The notes below the pieces were generated by a model. It was given only the letters and a program-made list of their open reading frames with translations. It had not been told where the DNA came from and made no database searches. Position numbers and translations under genes: made by a program. From sequence record DRR723986_2974: a stretch of 20,000 bases of DNA. The stretch is one strand, 5' to 3'. Positions 14,742 through 20,000 of the stretch are shown piece by piece. How positions within the stretch are numbered: position 1 is the stretch's first letter; each line of letters begins with the position of its first letter.

Positions 14742-15199
14742 GCCGAACGACCCCGCTGTTTGCAGGCCTGATCGAGCGCTTCCTCAAACTTGATGATCGT
14801 CGAGCGTGCCTGGCTCAGGTTCTTGCGGATGGACTTCTCTTCGGACTGGTCGACGACGCTATCCGCGATCGCCAGAGCGCAATCATGGGTGAGCTGTCCG
14901 ACATCGCCGGAAAGACGGATAATCGCATCGCGGAAGTCCTGGGTGCCGTCGCCTTCAATAACGGCAAGAGTGAACCCCCTTGCACTCGCGATGGCTTGAA
15001 GCATGATCGGGGTGCCGGCGAATTCATCAAGCCGCATAAGCCATGCCAAGGGGCGATCACGGGGATCATCCGGCATATTCTGGTTCTGGAGATTGTGGAG
15101 GGTAGCCTTCGCGCAGCCCATCCACTCGGCAGCAGCATCGTAACCGCCGCCTTTCTTGACGCATTCGGCAACCGCCCTTTTTGCTTGATCAATTCTCAT
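14738..15199 (-). CDS. Phage regulatory CII-like protein
   Basis: HTH (GGYDAAAEWMGCAKATLHN), LMRLDE..GTPIML, ALAD..VDQSE..I pattern; downstream of cro. GAGGA RBS before ATG 15199; alternative starts at 15247 and 15262. Confidence 0.72.
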   Translation of the reverse strand: MRIDQAKRAVAECVKKGGGYDAAAEWMGCAKATLHNLQNQNMPDDPRDRPLAWLMRLDEFAGTPIMLQAIASARGFTLAVIEGDGTQDFRDAIIRLSGDVGQLTHDCALAIADSVVDQSEEKSIRKNLSQARSTIIKFEEALDQACKQRGRSA

Positions 15200-15221
15200 C
15201 CCGAAAATTCCTCGAATTTGT

Positions 15222-15428
15222 TCAGATGACTGCGGCGACGGGTTCATGTTTCCTGTGGTCATGAAAACGCGCATCACCCACAATCTTCAGGTCTTCGACG
15301 GTGCAGGAGCACTGCCCGCAGACCACCCGCTCAAGTGGCTTCTGAAACCGCATCTCATCCTCGTCTGGGACAGAGACGCGGTGCCGGTCGCCGCACTGGC
15401 AAATGCCGATGATCGCGAGGTCGGATAT
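15222..15428 (-). CDS. 68-aa Cys-rich ORF (CQCG...CGQC) with an ATA codon where the start is expected
   Basis: GGGAG 7 nt before ATA TCC GAC CTC...; fills the cro-cII gap; GC3-rich codons. Confidence 0.5.
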   Translation of the reverse strand: MSDLAIIGICQCGDRHRVSVPDEDEMRFQKPLERVVCGQCSCTVEDLKIVGDARFHDHRKHEPVAAVI

Positions 15429-15442
15429 GATGAGGCTCCCGG

Positions 15443-15652
15443 TTAAGCGGCCTTTTGCTCGGCCTTCTCGAAGTCCTTCATCTTCGCGGTGATGCGATTG
15501 CGGACCTTGAGCCGGGGTTCCCTGCCTTCACGGAGCTGGAAGACAAAACGGGGGTCTCCCGCCATCTCCTTGCCGAAACGCGTCGGGGTCCAGCCTTCAT
15601 GGTCCTTGATGAAGGTCTCGATGGATTGCAGAAATGTTTGAATCTCGTTCAT
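15443..15652 (-). CDS. Cro-like regulator
   Basis: 69 aa, IETFI...TPTRFGKEMAGDPRFVFQLREGREPR; divergent from cI. Confidence 0.85.
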   Translation of the reverse strand: MNEIQTFLQSIETFIKDHEGWTPTRFGKEMAGDPRFVFQLREGREPRLKVRNRITAKMKDFEKAEQKAA

Positions 15653-15740
15653 GGCCTGACCTTAGTAGGACTATTACTATTGATCAAGCGGAAAATGCCT
15701 ATTTGCCTGACTATTGTCAACCGAGTAGTGATTTTCCTAT
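15653..15740. promoter_or_regulatory. OR-like switch: PR-like (minus) and PRM-like (plus) promoters with operators at 15665-80, 15687-702 and 15725-40
   Basis: Minus: TTGATC-N17-TAAGGT-N6-ATG(cro). Plus: TTGCCT-N17-TAGTGA-N7-ATG(cI). Operators GTAGGActatTACTAT, AGCGGAaaatGCCTAT, GTAGTGatttTCCTAT. Confidence 0.75.
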
Positions 15741-16395
15741 GGAAGATGACGCTGTAAGAAAACGCATCCGCGAGCTGATTTCCGAGAAGGGAACGGACAT
15801 GGCTACCGCCTCAAAGGTGATCGGCCGAAGCCATTCCTATATCCAGCAATTCCTTGAACGAGGCATCCCGCGAAAGCTCAAGGAAGGCGACCGCGCCAAG
15901 CTTGCAGAGTTCTTTGGCGTCGAAGAAACAGAGCTCGGTGGACCAGCTCGTAAATCAGAACCGAAAAAGGCCAGTTCCTCCGGGTTCAAGCTCGTTCCTG
16001 AATACGATGTTCACGTATCTGCCGGCGGTGGCGCCCTTGTTGCCGAAGAATCGGAGGTCAGCCGCTGGCCCTTCAATCCGGAATACCTCTCCAACTTCCT
16101 GGGCCTTGCTCGCGCAAACCTCGCAATCGTTGAGGTCCGCGGCGATTCCATGGAGCCGACGTTGATCTCTGGCGATCGGGTTCTCGTCAATATGTCTGAC
16201 CGTCAGATCAGCCAATCCGGCATTTTCGTGCTGTTCGATGGTGGCGGAACTGTCGTGAAGCGCGTCGACAAGCGTATTGGTGATGATGTGACTGTCACCC
16301 TGATTTCAGACAATCCGATCCATGACCGGTACCAGGTCGACATCGACGACATCAATGTGGTTGGCCGTGTGGTCTGGGTTGCGCGTAGACTTTGA
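15739..16395 (+). CDS. cI: CI-like repressor (HTH + S24 peptidase)
   Basis: N-terminal HTH (MATASKVIGRSHSYIQQFL), SAGGG cleavage region, VRGDSMEP catalytic Ser, VVKR catalytic Lys, VVGRVVW. Confidence 0.93.
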   Translation: MEDDAVRKRIRELISEKGTDMATASKVIGRSHSYIQQFLERGIPRKLKEGDRAKLAEFFGVEETELGGPARKSEPKKASSSGFKLVPEYDVHVSAGGGALVAEESEVSRWPFNPEYLSNFLGLARANLAIVEVRGDSMEPTLISGDRVLVNMSDRQISQSGIFVLFDGGGTVVKRVDKRIGDDVTVTLISDNPIHDRYQVDIDDINVVGRVVWVARRL

Positions 16396-16416
16396 TTTTT
16401 AAGGTGGTGGGGAGCT

Positions 16417-16752
16417 ATGTCTTTAGACACACAGCAATTTATGCTGATCGAGCAGCGCGTTACCAATGAAGCAAAATCAACCGGAGCCGCCTATTTGCTC
16501 TGGTTCTTCCTTGGAGGTCTGGGCGGCCATCGGTTTTATCTCGGCAGGGTCGTTTCCGGCATTCTTATGTTGTTGCTCTTCGTTTTTGGCTGGATCTTGC
16601 TACCGGTCGGAGTCGGGGTTTTCCTGCTGATCTTGGTCGGGCTCTGGGCGTTAGTTGATGCCTTCCTGATTCCAGGAATGATCCAGAGACACAAGAACCG
16701 GATCCGCACTGAGTTGACGAACCAAGCTTTGAAGCTCAACCAGCCCAGCTGA
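16417..16752 (+). CDS. TM2-domain membrane protein, probably co-expressed with cI
   Basis: KSTGAAYLLWFFLGGLGGHRFYLG...WALVDAFLIP; GGAG RBS. Confidence 0.9.
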   Translation: MSLDTQQFMLIEQRVTNEAKSTGAAYLLWFFLGGLGGHRFYLGRVVSGILMLLLFVFGWILLPVGVGVFLLILVGLWALVDAFLIPGMIQRHKNRIRTELTNQALKLNQPS

Positions 16753-17270
16753 CATGCTGAAGACAATAGGTCTCAAAAAAGATGGTCCTGAGGAGGACAC
16801 CTTCCCTGCCCCGGCGATCCCGAGACCAAGCATTCCTGAAACAGATATTCCCCGACACTCGTTTTGTTTTCCCGGACGCGTACCGGGCTGAGTCTTGATT
16901 CCTCCCGCTGGTCAGGCGGTTCAAACGGAACAATCAAAAAAAGATCCGCGCTAGCGGGCCTCCTCAAAGGTGTGTCGGTTATCCCGTGGACAGCAAATCC
17001 AAAAATCGGGCGGGCCATCAACCCCGTCTGCTTCGTCCAATGAGCCTGGCATTGGAACCGCAAGGATTTCATAAACCGGATGATCGGCGAAGGCGGGTCA
17101 AACCCAGATAAAAGACCGCCCTGCTTGCCCTTCTATACGCAACATATCGGCGGGAACCTCCGAGCAGACCCGAGATATTGCGGATTTCAGCGCCATAAGC
17201 AGGGTTTCCGCTTTCATCAGTATTTGTGATGTGTTAGGAAAAATCATCAAAATTTGTTAACTCTGCTTAC

Positions 17271-17304
17271 GCCCCGGTCGGATCATCCCTCCGGGGTTTT
17301 CTTT
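17271..17304 (+). terminator. Intrinsic terminator ahead of the PL-like promoter
   Basis: CCCCGG...CCGGGG stem followed by TTTTCTTT. Confidence 0.7.
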
Positions 17305-17321
17305 GGCCTGAGATTCATAGA

Positions 17322-17385
17322 ATAGGAAATTTACGCTCGTCAAACTATTTTTCCTATTGACTGATAGGAATAGTCCTCTTAAGTT
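17322..17385 (+). promoter_or_regulatory. PL-like promoter with operators at 17322-37, 17342-57 and 17364-79
   Basis: TTGACT-N17-TAAGTT (17357-17385). ATAGGAaattTACGCT, AAACTAttttTCCTAT, ATAGGAatagTCCTCT; the spacer is nearly identical to that of the cro promoter. Confidence 0.78.
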
Positions 17386-17411
17386 TTTTGACATCAACGG
17401 AGGGCATACCG

Positions 17412-17774
17412 ATGACGAGCAAACCGAACTTCAATCTGGATCGCTCCTTTTTCACAGTGATCTCCGCCCTTGAAAGTGGCGCGATATACCAACCGGAAAT
17501 CGATCCGGACTGGGACCGGGCAACGGTCCTGGAAATGGCAAAAGAAGGCCAGTTCGATACCGTTCTCCATATCATTGAACTCAATCCGGTCGAGGAAGAC
17601 TGCCGCGTTATCCCGGCAGAGCTGATCGATGACGAGCTCGAGGTCGAGCAGACCGTCAAGCGCTACTCTTCCTCCCGGTATCCCACCTTTCACCGTCCTC
17701 ACGAGGAGCACCGCATCGGCAACTTTGAAGCCGGTACCGGTTCCTTTGGTCCCTATCAAGGGAGGGCGGCATGA
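17412..17774 (+). CDS. Hypothetical acidic phage protein, first gene of the plus-strand early operon
   Basis: GGAGGG RBS; ATGA-coupled to the next ORF. Confidence 0.8.
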   Translation: MTSKPNFNLDRSFFTVISALESGAIYQPEIDPDWDRATVLEMAKEGQFDTVLHIIELNPVEEDCRVIPAELIDDELEVEQTVKRYSSSRYPTFHRPHEEHRIGNFEAGTGSFGPYQGRAA

Positions 17775-17923
17775 CGGATTATACGAAGTTACGCTTCAAT
17801 AGCTGGGAAGAAGCCAACATCGCGGCGCAACTAGCCGAGATGGATACAGGGAAGATTTTTCGCGTCAGAAAACCGAAATACCCCGGAGCGCCGTGGCGGG
17901 TTTATGAAGCGAGGTCCGTGTGA
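17771..17923 (+). CDS. 50-aa hypothetical MTDYTKLRFNSWEEANIAAQLAEMDTGKIFRVRK...; not in the ORF track
   Basis: GGAGGG RBS; ATGA and TGATG coupling. Confidence 0.75.
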   Translation: MTDYTKLRFNSWEEANIAAQLAEMDTGKIFRVRKPKYPGAPWRVYEARSV

Positions 17924-18237
17924 TGGCTTGGTGGAAAAGCGCCCAGTTCAACGATCCAATCGTTGCCGTTCGCGGCTTCGAGATCCCTGAGCAGATGGGT
18001 GGCGGCGAGATTGTCGAAGGACGCGTCTACCGTCTCCGCAGGGTCTTTCCTGACTGCTACTGCGCAGGCGATGTGCTTGTCCACTTGCAAGGGATCAGAA
18101 TGCTCCACCCGTTTGGCGGAATGGAGCCCGGTTTCGAGGTCGAATACTTCCGACCGGCGGATATCAACGATCTTCCAGATTGGCTCACCCGTCTTTTGAC
18201 GACGACGACGCCAATCAGGCTGGAGGGATTCCAATGA
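17923..18237 (+). CDS. Hypothetical phage protein
   Basis: GAGGT RBS; coupled at both ends. Confidence 0.75.
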   Translation: MAWWKSAQFNDPIVAVRGFEIPEQMGGGEIVEGRVYRLRRVFPDCYCAGDVLVHLQGIRMLHPFGGMEPGFEVEYFRPADINDLPDWLTRLLTTTTPIRLEGFQ

Positions 18238-18377
18238 ACGAGAACCCCTTCTCTTGGCAGGAACCAGAGCCTGTTCCGGATATCTGGCTCATCGCCCTGA
18301 AACGCGGATTCCAGTGCTGCGTGCTGCTGTTCTTCCTCAGCCTGGCTTGGGTCGGCTGGATCATGCTCCCCGGATAG
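18234..18377 (+). CDS. 47-aa single-TM protein
   Basis: GGAGGG RBS; ATGA overlap; CCVLLFFLSLAWVGWIML. Confidence 0.7.
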   Translation: MNENPFSWQEPEPVPDIWLIALKRGFQCCVLLFFLSLAWVGWIMLPG

Positions 18378-18384
18378 TAGTTCG

Positions 18385-18720
18385 AGTTGGAGGTGGAAGC
18401 TCATCCCCACCTCCACCCGCCCGGCAGGCGTTACGCCACGTGCTCCCACACCAGTGTCGCGAGCCTGCCGGGCCCCCTCTTCCAAACGGTCCAACGGCGA
18501 GGCCGGTAGGAGAAGAAGCCCCAGGCCCCGTGCTGCGAACTGGGATCGCCGGAAGTCCTCCTCAGGTTGAGCCGGGAGGTGAATGAGACGTAGCGGCGCG
18601 AGGTCAACAAAGGAGGAGGAAATGTAGCAGGACGGGCAGACATACGGCGGCCACTGATACGCACCAAAGCGCCGCCAGCCCCACCGAGAGCATCCGCGAG
18701 GTGCTTTCCGTTGGGCTTCA
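18385..18720 (+). ncRNA. Candidate multi-stem structured RNA
   Basis: Complementary segments TGGAGGTGG/CCACCTCCA, GCCCGGCAGGC/GCCTGCCGGGC, TGCTGC/GTAGCA, TCCTCCTC/GAGGAGGA, GTTGA/TCAAC, AGAGCATC/GGTGCTTT. Confidence 0.5.
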
Positions 18721-18734
18721 GGAAAGGACAGAGA

Positions 18735-19028
18735 ATGAAAACCTACTGGATGAAATTTACCGACGGATCGGACGGCAATTGTCAGGGGCAAAATGCCTAC
18801 GACGCGGTTCGTATCGCGGAGCATTTCACCGGCAAAACGGTAGACGTCGGAGAGCACAAATACTCGCCTGAAAAAAGCGAGAACGTGAAGTCTTTGCCTT
18901 ATCCGGCCGGCAAGACGATTTGGAAGTTCAACCACCCGATTTTTGGCGAAACCCCGTCGTTTTGTTTCGGCGGTGCGGAATGCCGTGGCCGTGGTTCCTG
19001 TCCCCGCTCCCTTTCTTGTTGCGACTAA
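18735..19028 (+). CDS. Hypothetical protein with a Cys-rich C-terminus
   Basis: AAGGA RBS; CFGGAECRGRGSCPRSLSCCD. Confidence 0.8.
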   Translation: MKTYWMKFTDGSDGNCQGQNAYDAVRIAEHFTGKTVDVGEHKYSPEKSENVKSLPYPAGKTIWKFNHPIFGETPSFCFGGAECRGRGSCPRSLSCCD

Positions 19029-19044
19029 CCCTCCCCCGCCAACT

Positions 19045-19076
19045 GGCCGGTGCCTCCTCCAAACCGGCCCCTTTTT
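19045..19076 (+). terminator. Hairpin with a CCTCCTCC (anti-SD, cuckoo-like) loop and T-tract
   Basis: GGCCGGT-GCCTCCTCCAA-ACCGGCC-CC-TTTTT. Confidence 0.6.
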
Positions 19077-19122
19077 CAAGCCCGTGCAGCGGGTTTCAGA
19101 AAGGAAATCAGGAGCCAGAACC

Positions 19123-19734
19123 ATGAAGATCATCGCAATGGTCAGGTTTAACAGAGAATGGGCGTACGTCTTTGATGAGCCCGTTGAGCTGAAATATCGG
19201 GAAGAAACCATCAATGGAAAGCGGTTCCTGATCGGACAGCATGGTCCATTCTATGACTTTCTCCAGTACGAAAAAGCTCAGGGACGGTTCAAGGCGTTTG
19301 CTGGTCGGGAAATGACAATCGTCATGGAAGACGGAAGCAAGCGGAAGATCAAGGATGATTGGTGGTCCTGCGGATCACCCATCGGTGAGCTAGTCCGCAT
19401 CACCTACAACATCAAGGAAGAGCTGAAGCGCTGCTACGTCTACTACGGCGCTTATGTGTGCGGTGATGCACTTGCGAAGCTGACCGAAGAATATGAGACG
19501 CGGACATCTGGCGTACACAAACACCCGGCGGGTGGCTGGCGCTACGATTACTACGATTTCGAAAAAATCATCAAATACGACGATACCCGGAAGGCTGCGA
19601 TCCGGCGGCAAATGAAGCTCGAACAAGCGAACCGGCATCTCGTCGAGAGCGTTAAGGCCTGGGCTGCAAGAGCCCGCGCTAAACCCCGTTTCCGCGTCCC
19701 AGCGATCAGCGTCAGGCGCGAGGTCGCAGCATGA
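19123..19734 (+). CDS. Hypothetical phage protein (203 aa)
   Basis: AGGAG RBS; stop coupled to the next ATG. Confidence 0.82.
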   Translation: MKIIAMVRFNREWAYVFDEPVELKYREETINGKRFLIGQHGPFYDFLQYEKAQGRFKAFAGREMTIVMEDGSKRKIKDDWWSCGSPIGELVRITYNIKEELKRCYVYYGAYVCGDALAKLTEEYETRTSGVHKHPAGGWRYDYYDFEKIIKYDDTRKAAIRRQMKLEQANRHLVESVKAWAARARAKPRFRVPAISVRREVAA

Positions 19735-19904
19735 ACAGGCAGCAGACTTATCGCGAGGCCCTGAGGGCGCTGAACGAGGCGGTCTATGCCGCGCTGAGAG
19801 CTGAAGACTCACCGAAGTCACGCGAGGACGCTGATCGGCAGTTCTTGCTCAACCTCGCAACGAAGACCGACCGGATGGTCGATGACATAGCGGAGCCAAT
19901 CTGA
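19731..19904 (+). CDS. 57-aa helical hypothetical MNRQQTYREALRALNEAVYAAL...
   Basis: GAGGT RBS; ATGA and TGATG coupling. Confidence 0.72.
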   Translation: MNRQQTYREALRALNEAVYAALRAEDSPKSREDADRQFLLNLATKTDRMVDDIAEPI

Positions 19905-20000
19905 TGACCGCATTTCGCCACACCAACGCTGACAGCCTTCGAGGCTTCGCCGCTCGCCGTCGGGCATTCGCCGAAGATCTTCGGGAGGAAATCATTGAAG
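19904..20000 (+). CDS. Partial hypothetical MTAFRHTNADSLRGFAARRRAFAEDLREEIIE...
   Basis: GGAG RBS; TGATG coupling; open to the window end. Confidence 0.6.
   Translation, partial: MTAFRHTNADSLRGFAARRRAFAEDLREEIIE

Larger units (their letters stand above)
1..20000. mobile_element. Temperate phage/prophage segment (immunity, early, replication and late-control modules), probably from an alphaproteobacterial host
   Basis: Divergent cI/cro, cII-like gene, primase + DnaB, RuvC-like resolvase, orphan methylases, late regulator followed by a tRNA, many ATGA-coupled small ORFs. No att site or integrase in the window. Confidence 0.95.

Noticed and set aside
17255-17272. CtrA box upstream of the PL-like promoter
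   Set aside because: It reads GTAA-N6-TTAAC on the minus strand; spacing and first half-site deviate from TTAA-N7-TTAA.
1-20000. CRISPR array, iteron origin, IS element, or restriction endonuclease partner for the methylases
   Set aside because: No regularly spaced direct repeats, transposase or recognisable REase seen; the RuvC-like gene fits a phage resolvase.

Overview
This window is the immunity, early, replication and start-of-late region of a temperate lambdoid-style (pro)phage. The host is inferred to be an alphaproteobacterium because the phage carries GcrA-, GapR- and CtrA-like genes. A cI (HTH + S24) / cro switch at about 15.4-16.4 kb has ATAGGA-N4-TCCTAT-like operators and apparently leaderless cI and cro. 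A long minus-strand operon follows, mostly joined by ATGA overlaps: cro, a Zn-finger ORF, cII-like, GcrA-like, GapR-Rmf-like fusion, RuvC-like, CtrA-like wHTH, two small membrane peptides, MT-A70 methylase, repeat-expanded C5 methylase, primase, DnaB helicase, a frameshifted NrdR-like gene, hypotheticals, a DUF6362-like late regulator, and a CAU tRNA inside structured RNA. A plus-strand early operon starts at about 17.4 kb. Plus-strand accessory genes (morons) are a 29-aa hydrophobic peptide, two FlbD-like paralogs, a SieB-like gene, a pentapeptide-repeat protein, a membrane protein and a TM2 protein. Three observations stand out. (1) Both morons embedded antisense in the replication operon are spanned by stop-free operon-strand ORFs that are ATGA-coupled at both ends. 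(2) There is a cluster of host cell-cycle regulator mimics. (3) There are several large structured non-coding regions. All family assignments come from motif recognition by eye, not from database searches.
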